From positions 346,208,001 to 346,272,000 of the forward strand of contig OZ024740.1 of the NCBI GenBank assembly GCA_964016885.1: a stretch of DNA of 64,000 nt, given 5' to 3'. Under the pieces are notes generated by a model, which did not search any database, was not told the origin of the DNA, and saw only the letters and a program-made list of their open reading frames with translations. The first letter of the stretch is position 1; the number at the start of each line of letters is the position of its first letter. Of this stretch, positions 14,821-29,157 are shown in pieces. A program made the position numbers and the translations under genes. This DNA is from Eledone cirrhosa. Its lineage: Eukaryota.

Positions 14821-15294
14821 TAATGATGATGATGATGATGATTTTAATGTTGCTGTTGATGATGAAGACGATGATTTTGATGTTGCTGCTCTTGCTGCTG
14901 CTGCTGCTGCTGATGATGATAATGATGATAATTTTGACGATCTTCGTCCCTGGATGGCAATGCTTGTATTGGGTCTTAGCAGGGTTCGTCACTTTTGTTG
15001 CTGCACCCTTTGTTTACTTTTTTATATTATTTTTCGATGTTCAATGATTGCGCTGCGGGATATGGAGGAGTGAAGCAGGGCTAGACGGTGCCAGGTGGGG
15101 TTAGTCGGGGGCGAGTGAGGGTGACAAGAGACGATAAGGGTGGGACGCAGAGCAGAAAGACATGCTGGGAGTAATGGTGAACTACGTAAAATAGAAAAAA
15201 AAAGGCGGGGATAGGGTGGTTCAGGTTAAGGAAGAGCGTATATGTCAGCGATCGGCAAGCTGGCGGATAGTTAGGCTGTAAATGATGTCAATGA

Positions 15295-15429
15295 AGAGGA
15301 AGGAGGAGGAGGGGTGGCGGGGGAGGATGAAGAGGATGAGAATGAGGAGGATGAGGATGAGGTGGATGAGGAGGAGGAGGAGGAGGAGGAGGAGGAGGAG
15401 AGGAGGAAAAGAAGATGAATAATAATAAT

Positions 15430-15510
<81 letters not shown>

Positions 15511-15585
15511 AAGAAGAACACGAAGAACAAGAAGAAGAAGAAGAAGAAGAAGAAGAAGAAGAAGAAGATGAAGAAGAAGAAGAAA
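15295..15585. repeat. Compound (GAG)n-(AAT)n-(AAG)n microsatellite
   Basis: Seen directly. Confidence 0.9.
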
Positions 15586-16096
15586 CAGCAGCTAGATATT
15601 TACCAAGAACGAAAACAAAATATAACTAGAGAAACGACAAAACAAGTAAAAATAAAAATCAGTGCAGAAAATGTTATGTGGACAATTGTGAGATGAGAAA
15701 GAAAGAGAAGAGATAAACGTGTAAAGAATGATAAACCAAAACAAATAGAAATAAAAAAGAGAAGAATGAATGTGAAAAAGAAATGAAAAAAAAATAACAT
15801 AGAACGTAAATGACGTAAATGGAAAAGAGTTGGAAGTGAGGAAGATAGAAAAAGAAAAAGGGAAGATATATTACGTGAGCAATTGAAATAAAAAGAGAGA
15901 GAGATAGGAAAAAGAGTTTAATATGTATTGGGTATAGAGATATAGAAATAAATAAAGGGACAGAGAGAATAGGGATCTCAAAAGAAGTGAGAGGTAACAT
16001 GTCGAGAGGAAGAGAAAGTAGGTCGACTAGAGAGAAAAAGAGGAAGACGAGAATGAGTAGATAAATAAACATGTAAAAAGAGGAAAATAATATATG

Positions 16097-16351
<255 letters not shown>

Positions 16352-16393
16352 TTATTTACTTATTTATATATAGGTGTGTGTGTGTATGTATAT

Positions 16394-16786
16394 ATGGTGG
16401 CTGCCAACTCATTTTCGAGTACGGGCACTACTTTATATCCATGTAGGAGAACCTCTACCGATGCGCTGACGTTTTAGTCCAGCCAGCGACTTGAAAACTC
16501 TGGTACAAACACTACACATGTGACAATTATTGACACATAGTGCTGGGCCCATGGTACCATGTGATGACAAGTGTAGAGAGATCTCCAGATATAAAGCAAT
16601 GCCTGTGCCATGAAGCTTTTATAGTGAGCAAAGGCACTGCACAAAGCCAGTCCCACTCTCTTAACCAAGATGATATTTACCAAAAAGAAGAACAAGTCAA
16701 CATCATTGGATACCATCAGAGTTGCAGCTGTTATATCAGAGTTTTCCGTCTCCTAAAATTCTGCCTTGACAAGGGCTAAGGGATCA
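16394..16786 (-). mobile_element. 5'-truncated second copy of the RTE-related non-autonomous element
   Basis: Aligns closely with 8341-8742. Confidence 0.8.
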
Positions 16787-16867
16787 TATATACATATATA
16801 TATATACACACACATATATATATACATATATCTATACATATATATATATATCTACATATATATATAT

Positions 16868-17003
<136 letters not shown>

Positions 17004-17091
17004 GTAGAAGTTTTATCTAAATTGTTGGGATACAACAAGCAAATATTTTTATAACTGATATAAAGCACTCAACAAATTATTGGGGTAAAAA

Positions 17092-17598
17092 TACGATATA
17101 TTAACAAATAGAAACTATATTTATAAAACCAAATTTATTTCATTATACATATTTCAAGGACACCAAGTTAAATTATGGTGTGCTTTCATCAGATAAAATA
17201 TAATATAGATCAGTTTTATAAATAAATATTGACATACCCTTAAATAATTGTTTCTACTTTTGGCACATGCCACCAAATATCCAGTACATTACTGGTACTT
17301 TATTGTATCGACCCCGTAAGGATGAAAGGCAAAGTTAACCTCGGCGGGATTTGAACTCAGACCGTAAAGGGACGTAACTATGCTGGAAAGCATGGCGTCC
17401 CACTCTCTACTGATACTGCCAATCCACCCCTTAAATAATGCGACCATTTCTGTAAATGGTCGCATTCTTTTTTATAAAACTGATCTATATTATATTTTAT
17501 CTGATGAAAGCACACCATAATTTAACTTGGTGTCCTTGAAATATGTATAATGAAATAAATATGGTTTTATAAATATAGTTTCCATTTGTTAATATATC

Positions 17599-17601
<3 letters not shown>
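17092..17601. repeat. Inverted pair (~17092-17221 / ~17472-17601) of a PLE pseudo-LTR end carrying a hammerhead-like motif
   Basis: Arms are reverse complements; CTGATGA at 17501-17507, stem acacca/tggtgt, GAAA at 17538-17541; resembles 37707-37775. Confidence 0.8.
17249..17428 (-). mobile_element. tRNA-derived SINE with target-site duplication
   Basis: Full head and core; cccttaaataat at 17237-17248 and 17428-17439. Confidence 0.85.
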
Positions 17602-17649
<48 letters not shown>

Positions 17650-18506
17650 CACACATGCGCACACATTTGCATATATGCAAACTGCACACCCCCATATATA
17701 TATATACAGTATACAAAAGAGGGTGTGAGAGAAAGAAAGGAAGATAAAATAAATACAGAGAGGAGAGACAGAGACAAGGTTAGAGAAGAAAATGGAGAGA
17801 ATGGTGAAGAATGGTGAGAAAAATTTGTAGTGATGGGGGTGTAAGTGGAGTGGTGAATGTTATGGTTGGCTGGTAGCAGTGGTTGTTATCTCTTTCGATG
17901 ATGTGAAAGAAAGGCAAAATGGCTTCCTATGCTGTCGACCTTGCTATTATAAAGCAGTTGAAACATACGAGAGAAAAGAACTACTGGTCTATGAAACACC
18001 AAAGAGCAATAGAAAGAATGGGTTTACTGGATCGAGACAAAAAGGAAGAAACAGCTTTAGGAATAACGTCAGCAATTATTTTAAAACCAACGTCATTGAA
18101 TCCAAACAATGTTTTCCTAGCATTTAAAACCGTCAATGTGTGAATGTCTCTATATGTTTGTGGGCTATGTTTTGTGTATAGTTCCAGGCGTTGTGTATGA
18201 TTGCATATGTTTCTGTATTTATTGTGTATTTGTTTGTATTTCTGTTCCGTGTTTTGTGTTTATGAATGGGAAAGTTAGGTGTTAATTTGAGACAAAAGGT
18301 TAAGAAATAAGCGTCAAATGATGTGTCCATATGGTTGTGTATGAGTAATTTGTATGTTTGTGTGTTTATTTGTATGTGTATATGTGTACATTTATACAAG
18401 CAACTATTAATGCAGGGTGTACACACTTATCTAACGGTTTGATTAAATGTCGAATAATGTAAATTAATACGTATATACACACATGTATGGATGCACACAA
18501 GCACTC

Positions 18507-18562
<56 letters not shown>

Positions 18563-19549
18563 GTGTGTGTGTGTGCGCGTGCGGGCCTGTGTGTGTGGGT
18601 CGGTGGGGGGGGGGGGGGTAAGTGTGTGTGTGTGATTGGCGTGGTGCGTGCACGTGCGTGCATGTAATAAATACCTAAGCATCACGCCGCGTACCTTAGA
18701 AAATTTCCTATGAATTTAATGTAGAGATGACTACAATTTTAAATTTTAAGGTTCGCATTGAAAATAAGCAAGTGTAAATATAATTAAAATTTTGAACAGA
18801 AGCAAGAAATATCAGACGAAAATGCTGTTACGCGTTTCACAGCATGTTGGTCATTTATCGAAAGAAAACTTCTCTTGTCCTTATATCTATCCCTGTTTAT
18901 ATGGAAATATCCTTTCCATATCTGATTTTCAGTAGACAGCTAGAGATCAAAACATTCTCAGTATGTGATTTAACGAATAACACCTTAGTTTATATCCCGT
19001 TTATATTGTATAAAGATTTGTAACAGGAGTTACATCAACTTCTGCTAACAGCAACTCGCGTGAACAAAACACTGCTACTATTATTTCATTCAAATGATGA
19101 GCTTTTGATAATTCAAATCGTTAATTTACATGAATATATCGTTCTTCGAAGTTAAACATAAACAACAAGTACAGAAATATTAACATTAGTTAATAATAAA
19201 CATTTAAGGTTATACAATCATTTTTCAATTATAATACGGATGAATGTAAATCTGTCTCTTTCGACACAAACACACGTAGGGTTACACAAGCACATACACA
19301 TCTCTCTCTCTCACGCTCTCTCTCTCTTTCTCTCTCTCTCACTCTCTCTCTCTCTCTCTCTCACTCTCTCTGTCTATCTATCCTATCTCTCTATCTATCT
19401 ATCTCTCTGCATATATATATATATAAAACAAATGAATATATGAGGGATGAACAACTATACAATTATACTACATTTGTATTACACGGCTCAGAAATATTCC
19501 CTTCTTTGAGCTATTTAATTGTAAAAGACTATTTCGCGTTTATAACTCA

Positions 19550-19584
<35 letters not shown>

Positions 19585-19586
<2 letters not shown>

Positions 19587-22195
19587 CGGCGATGAATTAG
19601 TTTTCCGAGGTTTTTTATATGAAATCGTGTGTCGAAACAGATATTGTTATATTTGGGGAGGGTCATATTTGCGTAATATTGCCAGAATTAATAACAGAAC
19701 ACACTCACTGTTTGGTTGGTTTTCGCTTCTCGCTGTCTTTTATATCTGCGATCTAACTTACTCGGTCCTCAATGTTGCCATTGACTGACCGACGGTCAAA
19801 AATAATACAGATACAATATAGACACAAACACATATATATAGTTTACATAATTTACATAAATCTTTCGTTGCACATCTGCAACATCGTCAGTGGTGTTATA
19901 TTCATTGTTCCTCCTGTTGTGTTGTATGTCTACGCGATTTTTTTTTGTTCAGTCTGTCTATATATTTATTTATTTATTTGCTTGTTTGTTTATCTTATTT
20001 TATTTTGTCTTCTTTGCGCATGCGTTTGCGTGTGTGTATAGTGTTATGTGTGATGTGTGACTAGTGTGTATAGTGTTGTGTCTGCTGGGTGACTAGTGTG
20101 TGTTTATGTGCTTGTTGTTATTGTGCTTGTGTATGTATTTATTTATCTTATTTTATTTAATTTTATTTAATTATTTATACTTCTCTTAGGTCAGTGTTGT
20201 TTGTTTGGGTGTTGTTGTTGTTCCACTCATTCTTTCTGTTTAGCTTTGGTCTTCTAATTTCTATTTCACTGGCCTCTCTGATTTGCCTATCTGCTGGGTC
20301 ATTCCTATGTTTAGATATTATTCTAATTTCTAGCATGTTCGTATAGTACTGACCCGTTTTTTCGTCCTTTTAGTTCCCCTCAGTGTTGGTCTATCCTTTC
20401 TCCTATGCTACGAGCTGTCTCACCTATGTATGTTGTTGTCATGTTTCTGCAAGTACCCTCTGTACATCTTATGCTATAGACTACGTTTCTAGTTTTACAG
20501 TTTATCCGGGGGTTCACCTTACATATGATACATTTCCTATTGGTACAGTGGGTTTTCTTAAAAGGGTAGGTTTTGCTGATCAGGGATTTTATGGTGGTTC
20601 CTGGCTTTTCTACCACCTTTATTTTTAAGTGGGTCTTTCTCAGGGCCTTTTTACACTGGTTAGCTAATTTCCCTCCAGGGTTGGCGTCCACAAACATGAC
20701 ACTCTGATATCTCTGGTTGTCGTGCCATGATGTGGCCTTCCCTATCTTATGTCTAGCCCTATCTAAGCTATTCCATGATTTGCTCCTGTATAGTGGGAAA
20801 ATTCCTTTCATGTCCAGTTCTATGAGGGTCTTATACTTTTCCATGGCTCCTTCGTATACTCTGACTCTGTCTCTTTGGTTGTAGCCAGAGAACTGCATGC
20901 GGTTGATGAAGTGTTGGATGTGTTCTTCCATTTCTGTTGGGTCGCACATGCTGGACACATTCTTCATCACTCGTACCAAATCTGCGATCAGAATATTAAA
21001 CTTAGCACTACTGGACATTGCTGAGTTTTTGAGTATCAGGTATTTGGAGGCCATGGGTTTAGCATAGTGTGAGTGGAGAATTTGGGCTCTCTCGTCTATA
21101 GTGTTAATCCAGAGTTATGTGTCTAATACAGGTAGTCTATTGTTAGGGTGTTTGGAAGGGAAGTCTATAGTTACAGTTATACTCTGGTGCATGGAATTAG
21201 CTATCTGCTGGATGCTTTCCATCGTGCTACGTTCTAAATCAAACTTGTTAGTGCTCTCTAGTGGGGGTGTTCTTATAACTATATTGATATCGTCTACATA
21301 ACGAGAGTACATGATGAGGTCTATGGAGCTTTCATTAAGGAGATCTTTAAGTCTCCTTTCCCACCATACCATGAAAAGGTTGGCAACATCACCAGCTATG
21401 CTGACGCCGATGGCTGCTCCCTCATTTTGGGTGTAGATTTTCTCATTGAACTTAAATATGTGGCCCTTTAGGGTAGTTTTGATACTAGCCCCTATTGCAT
21501 GTGCGACCATTTTTCTTACCTGATCAGTGTTTTGGGGGGTCCGTATAGCTTTGGTCCACCCAATCCACCTTCCTATGGGAGTCTTTTTAGCCATTGAGGT
21601 TATGGTGGGGGGTCTACCTCTTATAGGTCTACTAGGGCAGAAACATCTAAGGTCATGGCTGTGTAGGTAGTCAGTGTCGTAGGTAAGTCTAAGTAGGAGG
21701 CCCAGTTCGTCTGTGTCGACGTCGCAGAACTCCACCTCACTCTCAATGATCATCTCCACACATCTTTTCACAGCAAAATCAATGTTAATGGATGGGTACA
21801 GTGACACCACATCCATGCTGCCTATTATGCAGTTGGATAGGCTCCTGTTTTTGTTGCACTCACTGATTCTGCTGAGGAGGTCCTCTGTACTTTCACATAC
21901 ATCTGGGGACATCTTGATTATGGGGCGTATAACCATTGAGAGGAAGTAGGAGATCCTGTAGTTGCTAGCTATATTAGCTCCGCATACGGGTATTGTTGGT
22001 GGTCCTGCTGTCGGGTCGTCGACTGTCTTGTGGTCTTTGCGGAGCCCATACAAAGGTGGTATGCCATTGTTAGACGCCTGGAAGTTGTTGGCAGTGCGTC
22101 TGCTTGGCTTTAGGATGTCAGTCCACATCATCATGTGAGCGTTGAGGATTTTTTCTCTCCCATCGTGTGTTAGTTGTGCAACTTCGCTCGTGTTG
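19585..22195 (-). mobile_element. Penelope-like element, inverted 5'-truncated arm (RT + GIY-YIG + pseudo-LTR)
   Basis: ORFs 21115-22389 and 20380-21054 duplicate the plus-strand ORFs. Confidence 0.92.
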
Positions 22196-22197
22196 TT

Positions 22198-24822
22198 ACA
22201 TGTAGCAACATCAACAAAAACAAGAAACATAATAATAGTAACAACCACAATGGTAGAAATAGCAGTAACAACAACAACAATAACGGTGAAGTAAACAACA
22301 ATACATCTAGCAATCATAACAATAATAATATTAATGCTAATGATAGAAACAACAACAACCACCATGATAACAATAATAGCAACACACACAACTATGACGA
22401 TAGAAATAACGACAACCCCTTAGAGAAACTATTTTTCAACCCAGCTGACAAAACATATAAGATGGGTAATATCTATCCTACGAGGTTACCCTTTAATAAA
22501 AGAGTTTGCATACCATAGCAAATAGATGACGAGACGGAGGCACAGTTCACCATAGCTAGAAATAAGATTAGACAAGTAGTAGACAGGTACACTATGAGAC
22601 AGAGCAGACCAGAGGCCCAACAACTTGGGATAAAACCTGTAGAAGGCTTGGTTAGCCTCAAGCAGCGCACAAGGGATGGTGAGGTAGTGTGTCTACCCAC
22701 AGATAAGTCTGGTAGGATGTCAATAGATAGCATGCCGAACTACATCGAGGCAATGCAACCCCACATCACCAACACGAGCGAAGTTGCACAACTAACACAC
22801 GATGGGAGAGAAAAAATCCTCAACGCTCACATGATGATGTGGACTGACATCCTAAAGCCAAGCAGACGCACTGCCAACAACTTCCAGGCGTCTAACAATG
22901 GCATACCACCTTTGTATGGGCTCCGCAAAGACCACAAGACAGTCGACGACCCGACAGCAGGACCACCAACAATACCCGTATGCGGAGCTAATATAGCTAG
23001 CAACTACAGGATCTCCTACTTCCTCTCAATGGTTATACGCCCCATAATCAAGATGTCCCCAGATGTATGTGAAAGTACAGAGGACCTCCTCAGCAGAATC
23101 AGTGAGTGCAACAAAAACAGGAGCCTATCCAACTGCATAATAGGCAGCATGGATGTGGTGTCACTGTACCCATCCATTAACATTGATTTTGCTGTGAAAA
23201 GATGTGTGGAGATGATCATTGAGAGTGAGGTGGAGTTCTGCGACGTCGACACAGACGAACTGGGCCTCCTACTTAGACTTACCTACGACACTGACTACCT
23301 ACACAGCCATGACCTTAGATGTTTCTGCCCTAGTAGACCTATAAGAGGTAGACCCCCCACCATAACCTCAATGGCTAAAAAGACTCCCATAGGAAGGTGG
23401 ATTGGGTGGACCAAAGCTATACGGACCCCCCAAAACACTGATCAGGTAAGAAAAATGGTCGCACATGCAATAGGGGCTAGTATCAAAACTACCCTAAAGG
23501 GCCACATATTTAAGTTCAATGAGAAAATCTACACCCAAAATGAGGGAGCAGCCATCGGCGTCAGCATAGCTGGTGATGTTGCCAACCTTTTCATGGTATG
23601 GTGGGAAAGGAGGCTTAAAGATCTCCTTAATGAAAGCTCCATAGACCTCATCATGTACTCTCGTTATGTAGACGATATCAATATAGTTATAAGAACACCC
23701 CCACTAGAGAGCACTAACAAGTTTGATTTAGAACGTAGCACGATGGAAAGCATCCAGCAGATAGCTAATTCCATACACCAGAGTATAACTGTAACTATAG
23801 ACTTCCCTTCCAAACACCCTAACAATAGACTACCTGTATTAGACACATAACTCTGGATTAACACTATAGACGAGAGAGCCCAAATTCTCCACTCACACTA
23901 TGCTAAACCCATGGCCTCCAAATACCTGATACTCAAAAACTCAGCAATGTCCAGTAGTGCTAAGTTTAATATTCTGATCGCAGATTTGGTACGAGTGATG
24001 AAGAATGTGTCCAGCATGTGCGACCCAACAGAAATGGAAGGACACATCCAACACTTCATCAACCGCATGCAGTTCTCTGGCTACAACCAAAGAGACAGAG
24101 TCAGAGTATACGAAGGAACCATAGAAAAGTATAAGACCCTCATAGAACTGGACATGAAAGGAATTTGCCCACTATATAGGAGCAAATCATGGAATAGCTT
24201 AGATAGGGCTAGACATAAGATAGGGAAGGCCACATCATGGCACGACAACCAGAGATATCAGAGTGTCATGTTTGTGGACGCCACCCCTGGAGGGAAATTA
24301 GCTAACCAGTGCAGAAAGGCCCTGAGAAAGACCCACTTAAAAATAAAGGTGGTAGAAAAGCCAGGAACCACCATAAAATCCCTGATCAGCAAAACCTACC
24401 CTTTTAAGAAAACCCACTGTACCAATAGGAAATGTATCATATGTAAGGTGAACCCCCGGATAAACTGTAAAACTAGAAATGTAGTCTATAGCATAAGATG
24501 TACAGAGGGTACTTGCAGAAACATGACAACAACATACATAGGTGAGACAGCTCGTAGCATAGGTGAAAGGATAGACCAACACTGGGGGAACTAAAAGGAC
24601 GAAAAAACGGGTCAGTACTATACGAACATGCTAGACAACAACATGACGGTAACATAGACAACATAGAAATTAGAATAATATCTAAACATAGGAATGACCC
24701 AGCAGATAGGCAAATCAGAGAGGCCAGTGAAATAGAAATTAGAAGACCAAAGCTAAACAGAAAGAATGAGTGGAACAACAACAACACCCAAACAAACAAC
24801 ACTGACCTAAGAGAAGTATAAA
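22198..24822 (+). pseudogene. PLE RT-GIY-YIG ORF interrupted by TAG (22516-22518), TAA (23848-23850) and a 1-nt deletion near 24585
   Basis: ORFs 22174-22518, 22594-23850 and 23911-24594 share one frame; the C-terminus SVLYEHARQQH...LNRKNEW continues in another frame. Confidence 0.85.
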
Positions 24823-25099
24823 TAAGTAAATAAAATTAAATAAAATAAGATAAATAAATACATACACAAGCACAATAACAACAAGCACATAAACACACAC
24901 TAGTCACCCAGCAGACACAACACTATGCACACTAGTCACACATCACACATAACACTATACACACACGCAAACACATGCGCAAAGAAGACAAAATAAAATA
25001 AGATAAACAAACAAGCAAATAAATAAATAAATATATAGACAGACTGAACAAAAAAAAATCGCGTAGACATACAACACAACAGGAGGAACAATGAATATA

Positions 25100-25145
25100 A
25101 CACCACTGACGATGTTGCAGATGTGCAACGAAAGATTTATGCAAA
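25100..25145 (+). ncRNA. Minimal hammerhead-ribozyme-like motif in PLE pseudo-LTR (mirror copy 19855-19895, minus)
   Basis: CTGACGA-T-GTTGCA-GATG-TGCAAC-GAAA-GATTTA; perfect 6 bp stem II; stem I weak. Confidence 0.6.
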
Positions 25146-25351
25146 TTATTCTAAACTATATATATGTGTTTGTGTCTATATTGTATCTGTATTATTTTTG
25201 ACCGTCGGTCAGTCAATGGCAACATTGAGGACCGAGTAAGTTAGATCGCAGATATAAAAGACAGCGAGAAGCTAAAACCAACCAAACAGTGAGTGTGTTC
25301 TGTTATTAATTATGGCAATATTACGCAAATATGACCCTCCCCAAATATAAC

Positions 25352-25382
<31 letters not shown>

Positions 25383-25864
25383 TAAGATGATACTAAGCAG
25401 CCGAAGTGTACGATAAAGTTATATTTGTGCAATCTGTGTACATATACAGAGTGGGTAACCGACCCTGTACCAGTATATTTATAAGTATACACATATGTAA
25501 TATGGAAACATACCAGAAAATGCGAATTACCCTGTAAAGTGAAAATAAAAACAATCATGAAATGATAAACACCTTTAATCGATTTTCGGTCCTAGATGAG
25601 TCTTCATGAAAAGATGTGTGCATCATCTGAACAACCACACATAAATATGTATTTGATGGTCTTATATGCGCATCGCGTATTGGGATGATTTACATGGAAC
25701 CACAGTATACTTCTTTCCAAGCCCTCTTCGTGAAAAACACTGAGATGCTACCAAACTGCTTGGCCCTTGCAACGTATACTTTGTGGTGGTGTTTTTGTTG
25801 TTGATGGTGGTTATTGTGAGGTTTCAGGCGTTAACATATTTCTCTATTTTTATATAATAATTAT

Positions 25865-26000
25865 AAGTGTTTCTACATTAGTGTTGGAGTCGATAAAATC
25901 GACACCAGTGCATTACTGGGGTCTTATTTTATCGAATCCGTTACTGTGAAAGGCAAAGCCAACTAAGGCGGGATTTGAACTCAGAAAGTAAAGGGCTCTA
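25865..26000 (-). mobile_element. Partial tRNA-derived SINE
   Basis: ttttatcgaatccgttactgtgaaaggcaaagccaactaaggcgggatttgaactcaga. Confidence 0.75.
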
Positions 26001-28250
26001 AGAAGAAGAAGAAGAAGAAGAACGGCAACAACAAATTATAACAAAGTAGGCTATAGAGACTTGGGAGATGGAGTTGTGTGGTTATATTTCATAGGAATGT
26101 AACGATATCGACAAAGAATATGACTATACAACCTTATGAATCACCATAGCTGAAAGACAGCCAAGAAGTTTAAATATTATATTTGACCAAAATTATCTGA
26201 ATCACAATCAGTTGCAAAAATCCTAAAAGTTCTCTGATTATTGGCGAACATTTCCTAAGAATTTAAAGACTGTACAATGAGAAATACAAACATCCACACG
26301 TTTACATTTACTAAAAGAGAAAGTAACAAAACAACAATATATATTAGAACAGTATAAGACTCTATTAAGAATACAGTTTCCTAAAACGCAGATTATCCTA
26401 AATATCATGTAAACATGTAGATACACAAAAATTACACCATACATAGCTATACAAATACTTAGTAATGTATGAACTAGAGAGAGAGCAACACAAATGATAG
26501 AAAAAAATATAGAGGAATTTTATCGATTTATTAGATTAAAACAGAGTAAATAGAAAGATAATGGTAAAGGGAATCAATATGTTATTTCAAATAGTTATAG
26601 TTATAATCATAATATTTTCAACTGAACGATCATTAAAACGAGACCAGATAGAAACAAAAAAAATATATAATTACATTTTGAATGCACGACAACGAAATTA
26701 TATTTACCACGATTACAAGAATAGCTATATAACAAGAAAACTTATATAATATATTCCACTGAAGGACTATAAAATATGAAGTAAATTATAGTAGTATACT
26801 AACAGTGTTAGCCATAATGTTTAAGATAAATGAAATGTTTTGTTTCTTTGCGGTAGCCAACAAATAAAATAAATAAAACTGATTAATATGACAACAAACA
26901 GTGAGTACAAACAACATATATTGTGAAAAAGCTAATTCCTATGCTAAAGCTAGAAATATAGAATGGTAAGTTAAAATAAAGACAAAACAATCTTCGACAT
27001 AATCAATACAACAACTGATCAGATTAGAACAACACAAATGAAAATAACAGCATTGGCTGTACACAGAGGTACCCAAAATGTAGACATTTTAAACAGAAAC
27101 CTTTTAAACATTAATAAATGCCTTAAGAATGATAAACATTGCGCACGAATACATAATTAAATTACCAAATTTTACGAATAATAATATCAGGGAGAAAATA
27201 ACACCAATATAGTGTATTGCAGAAATATCCGGAATAGGGTGACTACACTAGAAAACACAAAAAAAAAACAAAAAAATCAGCAATACCCAAGAAAAAGCGG
27301 GCACTGTTTGGTAGTTCAGCAAAACCATCCAATAATACTAAGAGAAATTAATAATAATAAAAATAATATTAATAATATAATAATAATAACAATATATAAA
27401 CGATAATAATAATAAAACAAACTGGAAGAAAAATGTTATTGGCCAATAAAACCATGTAATTTTTAAGCTCCAGTGATCTGCAGATTATGATCTGTTCAAG
27501 AAATAATAATATCCATAAATTTAAGGTGAAAATGATAACGTAGGCCAGGGCCACGTGCTATAGATTTGAAATAGTCTAATAAAGAAAACAGAATATTTCC
27601 AACCACCATTCTTAGGATAGTGAATCTACACCACTTGACTTAGAGGAAGAGATGTTTTGTAACAGAGTAAAGAAAGTGTAATAGTGTGACTGGGAGAATG
27701 GGCGAAGATTTTTGGACGGTGGTGCTACGTTGGAAGCTATGCTGGTGGTTGTGAAGCATGAGTGGGCTTTATTTTTGTTGCTCTCCTCATACTGTTGTTA
27801 TTTCTGCTGCTGCTGCATGGAAACGAGTGTATATGAAAGTTGTACATAAACCTATCATGTTTCATTGAAATATATAACAATAAAAAGGGCACAAGATATA
27901 TTGAGTGGTAAAAATGTAATAGGAACGGCAAAAACGATAGAAACAGCAACTAAAACAACCAAATTAATATCAATAACTACAACAACAATAATAGAATATA
28001 ATAAAAAAAATAACAAAAATGTATGGTAATAATAATAAAGATAATAACACTGATGATAATAACACTGATAGTAACATAAACATAACAAAGCGCAAAATCA
28101 ACTACAACAACAGCAACAACAATGGCAGCGTGAAAAACTATAAAAATATAAATAATTATGAACAAATAAGAACAACGAAACTAATCGGTTATATAAAATA
28201 TTTTATACCTGCGTATGAATGTATGTAAACACCCACACATACATACACAT

Positions 28251-28341
<91 letters not shown>

Positions 28342-28439
28342 CTAGTGTGGAATTGTAACGACATAGCATCTGAGGTACGTGCACGTATATATATAAACGC
28401 ACACATACACACAGACACAGACACACACACACACATCTA

Positions 28440-28506
<67 letters not shown>

Positions 28507-28863
28507 TACAAATATATAATTGATATAATTGTAAGCAAGCATATATGTACATATATTCGGATAGGTGATTTTAAGGATCACAGTGTGTGTGCCTGGTTAC
28601 TTAGTTACGTGTGAGTTTCTATATACACAAACAATCACATATAAACCTAGGCACATGTATAAGGAAACATTTGCGTATTTGTTTATTTACTTACTTATAT
28701 ATTCATTATTTATTTATTCAGCTAATTAAATTATATACACGCAATATTCAAACATATCATAGCAACAAATCTATGAAATAAATATATTTGGAATTGGAAA
28801 TATAAATTACAAAATAAAACATAATTCTGTAGTAAATTTTCTAAGTTTTGATTGAAAAATAAC

Positions 28864-28903
<40 letters not shown>

Positions 28904-28922
28904 GATATTTTATAAAAATAAC

Positions 28923-28967
<45 letters not shown>

Positions 28968-29063
28968 ATATCCATAACCGCATATAAATATATATATATA
29001 TATATGTCTGTGTGAGTGTGTGTGTATGTGTGTGTGTGCGTGTGTGTGTGTCTGTGTGTCTGT

Positions 29064-29157
<94 letters not shown>

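Larger units (their letters stand above)
22196..25351 (+). mobile_element. Penelope-like element (Naiad-like by motif recollection): RT, Cys-rich linker, GIY-YIG endonuclease, 3' pseudo-LTR
   Basis: PTDKSG, PPLYGLRKDHK, SMDVVSLYPSI, QNEGAAIG, YSRYVDDI, LPVLD; CxxxxCxxC linker; NVVYSIRC...YIGETARS..ER..QH; RQIREA...RPKLN in the shifted frame. Confidence 0.92.

Noticed and set aside
17879-18143. Overlapping short ORFs as a host exon or TE ORF1
   Set aside because: No recognisable motif
20380-20382. In-frame TGA in the PLE endonuclease as possible selenocysteine (reported for some Naiad PLEs)
   Set aside because: It lies at a Trp (TGG) position in the sister arm rather than a Cys site, the shared stop is TAA, and I saw no SECIS
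26050-27350. Possible ancient LINE endonuclease remnant (similarly 39300-39990)
   Set aside because: Only A-rich strand bias and faint motifs; too degenerate to call
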